The notes: generated by a model from the letters alone, not told the origin. DNA of 64,000 nt from Felis catus (GCF_018350175.1 NC_058368.1:141610001-141674000); one strand, 5' to 3'; counted from the first letter of the stretch, positions 39,834 through 53,869 are shown. Translations and numbers: made by a program.

Positions 39834-40164
39834 TACCAGGGTGGTATCAGTCAGTATCTTATCTTCCCTCACCAAAACTGTTCAACTCTGCTTACTGGAA
39901 AAAATTTTCCCATGGAAAGAAAGACATGGATTTTCAAGGGCTATGGTACCCATTTAAAACTAAAAGGAAGATGAACCTCTGTATGCTTGCTGCTGGGGAA
40001 AGCAGTGATTGTTGATGTCTCCAAATTTACTGATTACCTCTGTTCTAACTGTAGTAAAACTTGCATATGAAGAATGAACAGTTTTCACCCATTTGGTTCT
40101 CAGTAGGGAATTTCAGTCTTTAGAAATGTCTCAAACTTGCCATTCAAGACTTGTTCACTGTTTC

Positions 40165-40657
40165 GGGGGGCCTGGGTGGCTCAGCGCGTTAAGCATCTGA
40201 CTTCAGCTCAGGTCATGATCTCACGGTTCATGAGTTTGAGCTCCACGTTGGGCTCTGTGCTGACAGCTCAGAGCCTGGAGCCTGCTTCAGATTCTGTTAT
40301 CTCCCTCTCTCTCTCTGCCCCTCTCCAGCTTGCATGCTGTCTCTCTGTCCCTCAAAAATGAATAAACATTAAAAAAATTTTTCTTTAAATACTTGTTTAC
40401 TTTTTATTTCTAATTTATGAAACAAAACTAGGGGCGCCTGCGTGGCTTAGTTGGTTAAGCATTCAACTTTTGGTTTCAGCTGAGGTCACAATCTCACTGT
40501 TTCGTGGGTTCAAGCCCTGCATTGGGCTCTGTACTGACAGTGTGGAGTCTGCTTGGGATTCTCTCTCCCTCTCTCTCTCTGCCCCTCTCCCACTCATGTT
40601 GTCTCTCAGAATAGACAAACTTAAAGAAAAATCTTATAAATTAAAAAAAAAAAAAAA
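40165..40657 (+). mobile_element. Two adjacent CAN-SINEs (40165-40378, 40430-40657)
   Basis: Two heads, CT tracts and tails. Confidence 0.92.
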
Positions 40658-42791
40658 CCCTCCAGCTAAGTGGGATATTAAATTGGAGAATTTGATACTA
40701 AAATAATATGGAAAAGGGATTTATCTGATTTTAACTTCATAGAAAACATCTATCCAGGATAAGGAAGATCAACTGGTATAACTTGGTCTTAATCAAAAGA
40801 CATGCTAGCAAAAAGTTATGCCCCAATACTACCTTCAATAATGAACTCAATTCCTAGGCCTAAACCTACTCTTCAAGTATTAACTTGGTAGGCATGATAA
40901 TAAGTCCACAAATTATAGAAGGCAATCTCAATTAAATATTTTACTTCATTTTTTCCCCTTGGTTTTGAATAGGCATGAGAAATAAGAGAAATGCACTTTG
41001 TGTATGTCTCATTCATTTCTGTCGTCACAAAAAAAATGTACCATCTGTACAACAAATTAGGTACTCTGCTTCTGTTTTTAAAGAATTATCAAAGCCCTCA
41101 ATTTTTTGTAAATTAATATATCCAAATCACATGCATTACAACATTATTTAATACAGTCAATAGATTCTTCAACATTTCATGCAGTTTAAGACAAAATTAT
41201 TCTAAAAACCACAAGAAATCTCTATTAGCTTTATACTGAAATTACTGTGAAACACCAAACGTAAAACATCCAAAAACTATTAATTAACCTCTACAGACAG
41301 CTATAAAAGCATCATAACCAAACAAAAATTTAAGTTACGATTCTAATTTGTAAGAGGTCAGCATTAAAGTTTGTTTACATTTTAAAGCAAATTACTTTTA
41401 AAATCCTCTCTTCTCATATATACATACATACATTTAGAGGCCACATATTTAGGAATTAGATGTATTTATGGAAATTAACCAATTATACATAACATTTATA
41501 ATTTCACAAACATAATACTACTGGAAATTTTTTGAAAAAATTCTGGCCTTACTATGTAAATTTAAAAAATAAAAACCTAAGAATAATCATTTTTCCCTAT
41601 ATCTAATATTCTCTGTCAATGAAAAATATTATCAGCATTTATTCCTCTCACAGAACTTCTACAAAAAATAGTTAAAAGTAATCAAAATGTAACATAAAGT
41701 TATTTCTTAGTTACATCAAGAAGTCAAAGACACATAGAATCTAAACTTTCAGAGTAGTTAGCTATTCTCAAAAGTATTCTGGAAAATGCACTGAGCAATA
41801 CGATTCAAATATAGCAAGTGGCTCTAACAGTTCACTAACGTATCAAAAGCTTAGAAAACGAATATAAAGTGTTAGTCTTTCTTTAAAAGGCTAATGTCTA
41901 TTAACAGCTTAAAACATGGCACAGTAGGGGGTTAATATGTTGTTGTCTGAATCACTTTCATCAGTTTAAGTACCTATTAGTCCTTATTAGCAATGTGCTA
42001 GCAAGGTGCTATTGGTCTTTTAAAGTTTATTCTGCTTCTTCTTAAGTCTATCTGGCCAGAAAGATTCTTTGACAATAATACAATAATTTGACAATTATGT
42101 TTTGAAACATAAAGTTTAGATTTTTTTTTTCCCTTTGGATTTTAGGGTTTTGAATGTTAGGTATTTGAAAAATGTTTTCTTTTAGGACTCTGTTCAAGAT
42201 TTAAATTGCTCAGCACATCTATATACCTAATCTTTTTCCATCTTAAAATTTTCAACAATATGAATATTCTCCAAAATTTCTCCAGCAGGGAGAAATCAAG
42301 ATCAGTCTTCTCAGAAACCAAAACAATTCACGTGCTCTCCTAAGTAAGAACACTAACATAGAAATGAATACAAAATTAATGTTCACAAAGTAAAACTGCC
42401 TGTTCAATTAACTTAGTTCTAGGATAACCAAAAATTATTCTTTAAATATCACAAATTTATTGTTTAAAAACTGAAATTCAAATGATAAAACTGAATCTTC
42501 AAGGACCAAACTGAATAAAATCTAAAATTTTTTTTAACAGTTTAGCATAGAAAAGTCATTCTGATTAGAGTGTAATGTAGTAATTTCAAAAAGTTTTCCA
42601 GCTCTGGCTCTACCAATAATTAGCTGAGTAATCCTGAACAAATTATCTACCTCTCTTTTCTGTTTCTGTTGAGGGCGGGGGCGGGCAAATTGTTTTTCAA
42701 AACCTATGTTTTTAAATACATAAATGTAGATACTTTTGCAAGCACAAAATATCCCTAGAAGGATACACACATACACAAAAATGAGTAATGA

Positions 42792-42980
42792 GGGGCACCT
42801 GGGTGGCTCAGTCAGTTGGGCATCTGACTTCGACTCAAGTAATGATCTTGCAGCCTCTGAGTTCAAGCCCCACATCGGGCTCTCTGTGCTCAACGCAGAG
42901 CCTGCTTTGGACCCTGTCTCCCCATCTCTCTGCCCCACCCCACCCCCAAAATAAATAAAAATGTAAAAATAATTTTTAAA
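42792..42980 (+). mobile_element. CAN-SINE
   Basis: GGGGCACCTGGGTGGCTCAG head; degenerate TSD AAAAATGAGTAATGA / AAAAATGAATACTGA. Confidence 0.9.
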
Positions 42981-44052
42981 AAATGAATACTGAAGTTGGG
43001 TCCAAGAGGGCAAAACTGGGTGGCTAGTGCACAATGGCAGCAGACACATATTTCACTGAATATCTTTTTGTGCCTTTGGAGTTTTATACCATGTCTATAC
43101 TGAAAATTGTTCAAAAAACTGTTCTAATGTATTTTAAAATATTTTAAAGGGAGATGAAGGGTAAGATACAGTTACTGTTTTCAAGAAACTTAATGTCACA
43201 GAGAGTAACTGGTTCATTTGACAATATTTACCAAGAGTCTTTTTTGCACCAGACCTCTGGAGAATGTGTCCCTGCCTTCATGGAGCTTATATCCTAGGGG
43301 AGATTCATGTACAACACTAGCCAGAGAAAGAAAGTCTAGTCCAAGTAAAGCAAGAATTAGAGAGCAGACTTCTGACACTCCTAATTTTCATATCACTACC
43401 CAGAAATCAGTGAAAACACTCTGAGTTCCCCTAAAACAGATTTGCAGTAGTAAAAGGAATTGTGACAGAAGTAAAGAGAAGTTATTAGAAGCAGGAATAG
43501 TAAGAGACACATAAACAGCTGATAATATTACATGAAAGCAAGAGACAGAAAAAAATTTACAGTAAACATGAAACCAAGTTATCAACACAGTATAATGCAA
43601 GCATTCTCCAATTAGGGCCTCAGTTATACTGTAAAGATGTTTATTATAATCAGGTTTCTAGAGATCTCAGTAGACATATTTTTCATAGGAAAAATGGTAT
43701 TACTTGGTGTTAAGTTTTGTTAAGTTGTCCCATAAAAGCCTATTAAAGTATGTAAGTATTCAATGTGCATGAAACACTTTTGACAGAATACTATGAATAC
43801 CATGTACGATTCTTTCTAATAAAAAAATCAGAATTTCAACTTGGATACCAAGAATGCCTCCTAATTCATTACAGTGTTTGCCAGAGAAGTGGTGACTCTT
43901 TTACCTTATAGGAGGTAGGATGAGCAAATGGAATAGAAGCAAGGGCAGAGTCTGTAAGAACAAAGGGTTATTGGAATTTCAAGGCAAGATAGGTTATCTG
44001 ACATTTCCTCTTCTTCCTCTTCTCTCTTCCATTCCAAGAATAGCACTGAACT

Positions 44053-44255
44053 GGGACACCTGGGTGGCTCAGAAGGTTAAGTGTTTGACTTCAGCTCAGG
44101 TCATAATCTCATGGTTCCTGAGCTTCAGCCCCTCATCAGGCTGTCTGGTGTTTGCTTCAGCACAGAGGCTGCTTCGATCCTCTGTTCCCCTCTCTCTCTC
44201 TGCTCCTCCCCCACTAGCACTTGCGCTCTCTCTCTCTCAAAAAAAAAAAAAAAAA
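44053..44255 (+). mobile_element. CAN-SINE with TSD
   Basis: TSD AAGAATAGCACTGAA. Confidence 0.92.
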
Positions 44256-45256
44256 GAATAGCACTGAAGTGCACAAAAAGAGTTGGGAGATGAAGGAAGA
44301 CAATGTTCTTCCTTACCTCTTACACAGAGAATAAGACCTCAATATAGGACACTGAAAATGGAGGGAAACGGGCCAAAGTTGAGCCCAAACAACAGAATTT
44401 ACAAAAAAAAAACAAAAACAAAACAAACAAAAAAAAAGAAAGAAGAGATGGCAATCTCTAGTCAGTTCCAGTAAAGGGGAATTACTCATGATACACAGGT
44501 ATAATATAAAAATATAATATATAATATAAAATAATATAATATAAAAATCAGAGTAAGGATCTCAATTACTACTCTATTGCGAGTAACATTATTTCAATTC
44601 AAGGGATTTAAACACTATACGAATTTTTTGACTTGTATAACTAAAATCCAGGGGAGGATCTGCTTCAAGGTTGTCAGATTCAGCAGTTAACATCATCGAG
44701 AAATTTCCCTCTGTATCTTCACTCTGCCATCCATAACACAAGCTTCCTCTCAAAGCCAGATTCTCCAGTGCTAAAGGAAGGCTGCCAGCCACGGAATACT
44801 TCTGTGCCAGAATTCTAAGCAAGAGTTCTGAAATGTACCTTGTTTAGACCAGCCTAAATTATATGTCCACCTGGAATTAATTCATCATCAGAAAATGGAA
44901 TCTGATTGGCTAAAACCACTCAAAGGCCCACTACTACAGCTGGAGGTGAAGCAGTTACCCCAAACAACATGGGCTAGGTGTATGTGGATGAGGATGGGGG
45001 ATACTGACATGAAACTGCAGGCAGATTCAAAAGAAAAAACAGATACTGAGAAAAGAGCTACAGTGTTCACTACATGATGTTACAAATGAAGATCCAGAGT
45101 TATCAAAAAGTATATGTACAATACTGCCCATTTATAAGACAGAAAATCATTATAAGAATTATCCTTTTTACAAACAAAAGCCAAAGTTGACTCCTGACAT
45201 TACTTTTATTTAATCTAATACTAGAAATGCCACAACAGTTTAAAAACAGTAATACA

Positions 45257-45770
45257 GGGGCACTTGGGTGGCTCATTTGGCTAAGTATCGACTTTGGCTC
45301 AGGTCATGATCTGGAGGTTTGTGTGTCTGAGTCAAGCTCTGTGCTGACAGCTCAGAGCCTGGAGCCTGCTTCAGATTCTGCATCTCCCTCTCTCTCTCTG
45401 CCCCTCCCCCACTCACGCTCTTTCTCAAAAATGAACATTAAAATTTTTTTTTAAAAATAAAGAGAGTAATATAAATATAGAAAATAAAAATATCTATTTT
45501 GAGACCTATATATTTTCTAATTCCAATAGGATATATAAAAGAAAATATAGGGGCGCCTGGGTGGCTCAGTCGGTTGGGCCGCCGACTTCGGCTCAGGTAA
45601 TGATCTCGCGGTCCATGAGTTCGAGCCCCGGGTCGGGCTCTGTGCTGACAGCTCAGAGCCTGGAGCCTGTTTCGGATTCTGTGTCTCCCTCTCTCTGACC
45701 CTCCCCCATTCATGCTCTGTCTCTCTCTATCTCAAAAATAAATAAACGTTAAAAAAAAATTAAAAAAAAA
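45257..45770 (+). mobile_element. Two CAN-SINEs (45257-45455 internally deleted; 45549-45770 young)
   Basis: SINE heads and tails; the second has TSD AAAAGAAAATATA. Confidence 0.92.
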
Positions 45771-45949
45771 AGAAAATATAAATGAATAGAAACAAACACC
45801 TGTTCCCACAGGTAGAGAAGATTAAGGGTATGTACATCTACTAGATTTTTAAACCTATGATGACAATTACAAAATTTATGGAATGGGTTAAAAATTAAAC
45901 GTTATCAACAATAAATTAAAATCCGTCTCTAGAAATGCGACACTTAAGA

Positions 45950-46980
45950 ACTTAAGGTATCATGTATCAGAATGAACAGATATCACTATCTCGAAAAGGT
46001 ATCTGTACTCCCATGTTCACTGCAGCATTATTTACAATCGCCAAGACATGGAAACAGCCTAAGTGGCCAGTGACAAATGAAGAGATAAAGAAAATGTGGT
46101 ACCATACATAAGCTGGCCCTTGAAACACAGGGTTTGAACTGCATGGGTTCACTTATACACGAGGTTTTTATTGATACAGTACAGTACTGTAAATGTATTT
46201 TCTCTTATGATTTTTAAAATAACATTTTCTTTTCTCTAGCCTGTTATTGAAAGAACACTACATATAATACATATAACATACAAAATATGTGTTAGTTGAC
46301 TGTTCATGGAATCAGTAATGATTCCAGTCAGTAGTAGGCTATTAGTAAAGTTTTGGGGGAATCAAAAGTTATAAGTGGATTTTCAACTGTGCAGTGTCCC
46401 AACCTCCACACTGTTCAAAGGTCAACTGTATATATACATATAAAATGGAATATTATTCAGCCACAAAAAGAAGAAAATTCTGCCATCTGCAACAACATGG
46501 ATGGACACTGATGGCATTATGCTCAGTGAAGTAAACCAGACAGAGAAAGGCAAACACTGTATGATCTCACTTTTATGTGGAATCTAAAAAACCAAACTCA
46601 TTGAGATACAGAACAGATTGGTGGTTGCCAGAGTTAAGGATGGGCAAAAACAGGTAAAGGTAGACAAATGGTAAAAAAAAACTCCCACTTATAAATAAGT
46701 TCTGAGGATGTAATGTACAGTATGGTTACCTATAGTCACCATCAAAACAATACTGTATTATATATCTGAAAGTTGCTAAGAGAGTAGATATTAAAAAGCT
46801 CTCATCACAAGAAAACAAATCTATAATTATGTGAGGTAAGTGATATTAACTAAACTTATTGTGGTAATCATTTTGCTATATACACACACACACATATATA
46901 TATTAAATAATTATGTTGTACACCTTGGATTAAACAATGTTATATGTCAATTATATCTCAATAAAACTAGAAAAAAAATC
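45950..46980 (+). mobile_element. L1M 3' end, split by a Tigger MITE
   Basis: ccatgttcactgcagcattatttacaatcgccaagacatggaaacagcc ... aattatatctcaataaaact plus A tail. Confidence 0.9.
46110..46428. mobile_element. Tigger2a-like MITE nested in L1
   Basis: AGCTGGCCCTTGAAACACAGGGTTTGAACTGC ... TGTTCAAAGGTCAACTG-TA inverted ends. Confidence 0.85.
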
Positions 46981-47899
46981 TCAAAAGAATTAACACAGTA
47001 ACATAGAAAAGATGGTTTAAAAAGTAATATTGTTGGGCTTCGTCAGCCTCAGCTTCTGATCAACCCAGCACCAAGCAGGTTTTCAGGACCCATTACTCAG
47101 ACCTCTCCACCTGCAAGTCTCCCCTCGCCCCCAAGGTATCCTATACAGAATGCAGCATCCCAGAAATGGACACTTTCCAAAGGACCTCCCCTTCCTCCAG
47201 GTAAAAAAAAACCCTGGGTTGCCTGAGGCATATACATTATTCTATACAAGGGAGAAGGAGGTGATTAAGTATCTGGTTAGGGGCAGCCACCTCACACCTC
47301 CTTTACTCTCTATCTATGGGGATGCTTGTTTAAAAAAATAACCAAATAACTTAATTTTTCTACAATACGAAAAATAAATAAAAACAGTATTATTAGAGTA
47401 AAATTAAGAAGTCTACAAAGTTTTCGAAAGGATATGAATCAAGAAAAGGAACTCTCATACAATGCAACTGAAATTTTAAAATGGTACAAATGCTTTGGAA
47501 AACAGTTTAGCATTACCTAACCAAGTAGAACATTCACATACCTCATGACCCAACAATTCCATTCCTGGATAAATACCCCAAGAAAAACTCTCATATACCA
47601 TTACCAAAGACATGAATAAGAACACACACAGAAACACAGTTAGTAATGGGAACAATCCAAATGCCCACTGATAGAAGAATGGATAAACTGTGGTATTATC
47701 ACAATTAAATAGGACACAACAGTCAAAATAGATGTACTGCACTGAAATGTAAAAATACAGATAAATCTTACCAACATAACAATCAGTAAAAAATACTAGG
47801 TCTCAGAAGATATTTTTCTTAAAAATTAAAAAGTAACTAAACAATATAATTCCTTAGCAATATACAAATGATAAAAGTATATAAAATAAAAAAGCAAGA

Positions 47900-48185
47900 T
47901 AAATTCACTGGCCACTGGTAACTGATTCAACATCCAGCCCCTTTCCTATCCCTGGAGGTCAGGGGATGGGACTAAAAGTTCCAACTCTTTCATCACTGTT
48001 GGTTCCCTGGCCAACAAGCTCCAACCTCAGGTTACCTAGGGGCTTTTCAAAAGTCATCTCCTTAACACAGAGAAAGACCTTTGTTGCTTTCTTCACTAAG
48101 GAAATTCCAAAGTTTTAGGAGTTCTGTGTCAGGAATGGGAAGGGGGACCAAACATGTATTTTTTATTATAAATTACACTATCACA
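47900..48185. mobile_element. ERV LTR fragment (MER21-like)
   Basis: CCAGCCCCTTTCCTATCCCTGGAGGTCAGGGGATGGGACTAAAAGTTCCAAC ... ATTATAAATTACACTATCACA. Confidence 0.65.
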
Positions 48186-48571
48186 GGACACCCAAGGAGC
48201 TTTTATTTATATGAATTATATCTATTAATGTTTATTCTATTAGAAATTAAAACTAAGAAAATTTTAAAATATTTTTAAAATTAAAAAAATTAAATATATT
48301 TGTTAATTCACTTAAATGTTTCACATTTTTGCAAATTTTTTAAATGTCTGTACTAATAGAAGCATCTACATTTTCCTATCTTCTGCATTCAGTCTATTGC
48401 AATACCACATACCATATAGCCCCTGGAAAACTCCACTGTACCACTGTGAGCAAAAGAAAGTGAAAAAGGCAATGTCTCAGTTTTACTACGAAAATAACTT
48501 ATCTTGCAGACACACTGAAAGGGTCTCAGAGACCCCAAGGGCTTCCTGGACCATACTTCGGAAACCACTAG
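48186..48571. mobile_element. hAT-Charlie MITE fragment (MER119-like)
   Basis: Ends GGGTCTCAGAGACCCCAAGG...GGACCATACTTCGGAAACCACT, a Charlie-type terminus. Confidence 0.5.
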
Positions 48572-49626
48572 TCTAGTGAATTGAACAGATAATATATGTT
48601 TAGCACTACCTTACCAAAACTAGTAACAGACAAATGCTTTGAGAACACAGACAAGGAAACACTAACTTTGGAGACAGACAGGGAAACTTCTACAGAGGTG
48701 TTACCATTTGATCTGAGACTCAAGTCCTTACACACTAGACCCCATAAGAACTGTACGCTCTCCCTCCTACTTTTTGGTGTATCTCCTACCCCTCTTCTTC
48801 TATCTCACTTGGTTGCTCCTCAAACTAACCAACCTTGCTCTCTTTTTTAAGCCTTCGTATTTACTATTTCTTCAGTCTAAAAGGCTCTTCCCGCATACAT
48901 CCCATGGTATTCTTGCCACACCTGGCCATCCTGAAGGTTAAAGGAAAGCTCTTTTCACACACCTATAATCCACTCAGGGCCCACTTCTTGGGAAATTCTG
49001 CCTTACACTAGCTGTTATACATGTGTATTAGGAACTATATTTAATAAAGCATTATATGGTAGCACTGTTTATCAAAGTGAAACACTGAGTGGGAAAAAAA
49101 ATCCCTACATATCCATCAAGACAAGAATGAAAAAAAAACCACACTAGTACATTCACACAAGAGAATGAATTAGAGCTACATTTCAACATGAGTAAGTCTC
49201 GAAAATAGAAACATGAATATGCATAAAAAGCAAGTAAGATTTCTACAGTTAAGTAGGAGTATTTAATAGATGAGTATTTATGAATTTATGAATATACTAT
49301 TTACAATTTTAAATCTCTTAATTTATATTTTGAGAGCTAACACATGATTTAAAATTATAAGAATTTCCCCCATCCTGGTCTTTCCTTCAGTTGTACAGCT
49401 TCCCTTCCAGGAGATAACCAATATGACTAATTTCCTGTGTATCCTTCCAGATATATTTTGTTATATAAAGTTAAGTTCACAGAACAATACTATAATATGG
49501 CTTATATATCTCCAATATAAATTAAAAGTTTAAAAAATATTCATGGAAATGATAAAAAAATTTTCAGAATAAAAATTACTTATAGGCAAAGAGGGAGAGG
49601 AACTGACTCAGAAAGGGGCACTTCAA

Positions 49627-49826
49627 CGTTTATTTATTTTTGGGACAGAGAGAGACAGAGCATGAACAGGGGAGGGGCAGAGAGAGAGGGAGACACAGAA
49701 TCGGAAACAGGCTCCAGGCTCTGAGCCATCAGCCCAGAGCCCGACGCGGGGCTCGAACTCCCAGACTGCGAGATCGTGACCTGGCTGAAGTCGGACACTC
49801 AACCGACTGCGCCACCCAGGCGCCCC
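49627..49826 (-). mobile_element. Young SINEC_Fc lacking a poly(A) tail
   Basis: TSD AGAAAGGGGCACTTCAA at 49610-49626 and 49827-49843. Confidence 0.95.
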
Positions 49827-50044
49827 AGAAAGGGGCACTTCAAATGTGCCGATAGTGTTTCATTTCAGGTTTATTATATTTCCTTTAGATTTGTTTGTAT
49901 ACATGAAATAATTATTTTTCTTCATAAAAGAAAACATGAAGAGCATCAGATTTGAGAAGGTAGTTTGGTGTCAGATGGAGTAAAAACATACTAAAATAAG
50001 ACATTCATTCTTTTTTTTTTTTTTTAATGGCCACAGATTCTTTT

Positions 50045-51510
50045 TTCTTCTTTTTTTTTTTTTTAACTTGGTTTATTTTGAGAGAGAGTGTGTGAGCAGG
50101 GGAGAGTCAGAAAGAGAGGGACAGAGAGCATGTCTCAGGGAGACATGAGGCTCAATTCCAAGACCATGAGATCATGACCTGAGCCAAAATCAAGAGTTGG
50201 ATGTTTAACTGACTGAGGTACCCAGGTGCTCCTCATTCAAAAATGAGTCCAAAGCTCAGGGTAAAGCTAGAGATTGGGGATTTACATAAAGTAATACTTG
50301 AAGTTCTAAGAATAAATATTCAGATACATGTACACTGCATAATTAAAAGTACACATTCCTTAAGGACTAAGCCCCAAACTTGCTATTTTTAGTTTCTCTG
50401 CAATACCACCTACTGCCTGTAAGATTTCAATTTACCAATATCCCTACTATTTATCTTAGATTAAAAAAAACAAAAAAACAAAAAAAATCAAAATAACCTG
50501 GAATGGGTAAGCCTATTTTTGTCAGTAAACGAACAATGGGCAGTAACACACATATTTAATAGGTATGAATATTTATGAATTTATGAATAGTTATACTATC
50601 TAAAAGTTAAATTTCTTAATTTATATTTTAATAGGTAACACACACACCTACCTCTACTAAATCAGAATAAAGACAGTGTTCTAGTTAGTTCTAGGTAAAC
50701 TACAAAATCTTTCTTTCTTTATTTTAGAGAGAGAGCATGAGCTACAGAGAGGGGCAGAAGGAGAAAGAATCTTAAGCAGGCTCCATGCTCAGTGCACAGC
50801 CCTTTGCAGGGCTTGATCCTACACTCCTGGGATCATGACCTGAGCCAAAATCAAGAGTCAGACACACAACTGAGCACCCAGGCACCCCAAAACCTTTCTT
50901 GATCGAATACTAATAATTAAAAATTTTATAGTTGGGGCACATGGGTGGCTCAGTTGGTTAAGCATCCGACCTCGGCTCAGATCATGATCTCATGGTTCAT
51001 GATTTCGAGTCCCATGTCGGGCTAACAGCTCAGAGGCTGGAGTCTGCTTAGAATTTTGTGTCTCCCTCACTCTCTGCCCCTCCCCTCTTTGCACTCTCTC
51101 TCTCTCAAAAATAAACATACATTAAAAAAATTTTTTCTTCTACAGTAGCCTCCAAGGGCTTCTATAGTAGCCATTTCATAGTTTAAAAAATGCTATAAAG
51201 TGTTAACTTTTAAACAAATCCTTGATATAAATGTATTTATTTTATTTCTCTAATAAAAGTACTATCCAGGGGCGCCTGGGTGGCTCAGTCGGTTAAGCGT
51301 CCGACGTCACCTCAGGTCACGATCTCGCGGTCCATGAGTTCGAGCCCCACGTCGGGCTCTGGGCTGATGGCTCAGAGCCTGGAGCCTGCTTCCGATTCTG
51401 TGTCTCCCTCTCTCTCTGCCCCTCCCCGTTCATGCTCTGTCTCTCTCTGTCTCAAAAATAAATAAAAACCTTAAAAAATTTTTTTTAAATAAAAAAAATA
51501 ATAAAAAAAA
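50045..51510. mobile_element. Cluster of four CAN-SINEs (50045-50232 -, 50712-50888 -, 50934-51130 +, 51269-51510 +)
   Basis: Recognisable heads and tails; the last has TSD ATAAAAGTACTATCC. Confidence 0.9.
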
Positions 51511-52255
51511 ATAAAAGTACTATCCTGACAAGCCTGTGAGGGTTGTGATTACTTAGAGCTGTTTTGTTGCTCTTGAAGTTAAACTAGAGTATTCATGAAC
51601 TTTCCTCATCTCAAAGTCTCTCACCGTTATAAAGTAAACTTCTGTTTTCAGATACTTGAGCTGTTCCCCCTCATATAATTGACCTCTTTTCTAGTTTCGT
51701 CCATTCCTTCACTCAACTGACAAGTATGTATTAAATTCCTACTTTGTGAAAAACAATATATTATACACTACCCCTCTGGTCCCTAAAAAGGTGAGAAGAA
51801 CTACATAGCCTTAAGAAAATCTTTGTATATCTTGACATAATGCAGAGTCCTTAGAACTTAACATCCTAGGTTGGGATATCAAAATACAATACTGTACCAG
51901 TAACCTAAGTGGAAATACATTTCAGTAGATGAGAGGTCTTCAAAAGTTTCATAGAGTGTAGACATTTTTCAGGCCATGGATGCCATACTAAAAGGATGCC
52001 ATTTAGTACTATTTAGAAGCTGAGCATCATTCAGTCAAAAAGTACATGCTTACCTTGTTCTGATAACCTTTACAGACAACCTCTGAGTCAGAGCATTATC
52101 TGTGTATACATGTACACACATAAGGTTCCCTAAGATGCTTCTTTAGCACAGGTGAAAGGATCTCAAAAACAACAATGAATAGGGAACTCAGTTAAAAACA
52201 AAAGATAAAGGAGGGTTTGGAAATAACTATAGTTAGCATTAGAATTGTTACAACA

Positions 52256-52594
52256 CTTTGGTCTCAGCTGCAGAACAAGGGAAGGGACATCATCATTTGG
52301 AAAACACAGCAATGAGACACACAAGCTGTGACCCTGCTACGGCTCTAAGGCTTACCACCTTCAGAAGTCAATCTGTGGCAAATGTGGCTGTCCTGCCAAG
52401 GATAAGAAAAAGTATAACCGGAGCGCCAAAGCTAAAAGCTGAAATACCACTGGGACTGGCTGAATGAGGCACCTAAAATTGTATACTGAAGATTTAGGCA
52501 TGGATTCATGCCCAAAAGGGTAGCTGTTGTGCCATCCAATTCATCTTAAGGATTTCAATGATTAATAAGATACATGTTCTGGTTTTTAAAAAAA
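52256..52594 (+). pseudogene. RPL37: Processed pseudogene of ribosomal protein L37 (eL37), antisense to TBCA
   Basis: Translates as [79 protein letters not shown], matching RPL37 ([17 protein letters not shown]...). Intronless, start codon lost, in-frame stops, frameshift and deletion; 5'/3' UTR remnants and a short A run. Confidence 0.95.
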
Positions 52595-53221
52595 TGTAAG
52601 AATGTATTTTGATACTTGTGGCGAGTCATTTATAGATTTTAGGATAAGGTATCTCAAAAACTCACTCCCTTGACTACTCTTCCCTATAATAAACTTTACA
52701 AAAGTGCAGTAAGAGTGAAACTGGCCTTGTTATATTGTGTTAATAATAGTGACAGTATTTTTTAAACTGTTAAAAAACAAGGTCACTGATATAAACAGAG
52801 TTTGGGGGAAGTAGAGCATCACTGCCTCAGCTATTTTATAGAAGGATGACCATTATAAAGTCCTACAGATGACTCAAAAACACAAGCTTCATATTCCTCC
52901 CTTCTCTCTCTGCAGCCTATGAGTGAACATGACAAACAACTAAAAAACAAATGATCACAATTTAAAAGAAATCAAGTTCCACGGTCTATCCAGCTAATTG
53001 GCAAACATTCATCTTTACGTCCTCTATCCACATTGTTTGTATGTCTACAGAATGGTGATGATGATAATAATGACAGCAGTTAATATATTAAATATTTACT
53101 AACAATCAGGCTTTTGGGCCAAATGCTTTATATGATTACCTTACTTAATTCTCTTAACAATGTAAGAAAGATATTATCTATCATTAACCCATTTTTCAGC
53201 TAAGAAAACAGTGGGTTTTTA

Positions 53222-53430
53222 AAATATTTTTTAAATGTTTATTTATTTTTGAGAGACAGAGACAGAGTGTAAGTGGGGAAGGGTCAGAGAGAGAGGGAGA
53301 CACACAATCTGAAGCAGGCTCCAGGCTCTGAGCTGTCAGCACAGAGCCTGACATGGGGCTAGAACTCACACACTGTGAGATCATGACCTGAGCCAAAGTT
53401 GGATGCTTGACTGAGCCACCCAGGTGCGCC
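53222..53430 (-). mobile_element. CAN-SINE inserted in a MIR
   Basis: SINE body flanked by MIR core halves (cccatttttcagctaagaaaac / gattaagtaacttgcccagggtcaca). Confidence 0.9.
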
Positions 53431-53869
53431 GAAAACTGTGGCTTTTAAAGATTAAGTAACTTGCCCAGGGTCACATATGTAGCATGTATTAAGTGGAGCC
53501 TGGGACTCCATTTGTTTAACTCCAACTGCAACAATAAATAGCTATAGTAACTATTACACTGTCACACTGTAATTGATTCAGTACCTCCCCACTGCTTATT
53601 ACATCAAATGCTTACAGACTAAGGTTCCATTCATTCATTTGTCCACTGAAAAGACTTTTGTTGAGCATTTATTATGCATCAACACTATACCAGGTGAATT
53701 AGCCATGTAGGTTCTGAGTGAATCTGCTAAATAAACGATCTCTGAATCATTCATATCATTGATGTTATTTAAAAATCAGGTTTACTTGGGCAAATAAGAC
53801 AGCATCATAATAGTAAATATATTATGGGAATGGAATTCTGAAATCACACATCCAAGCATTTATATTCTT

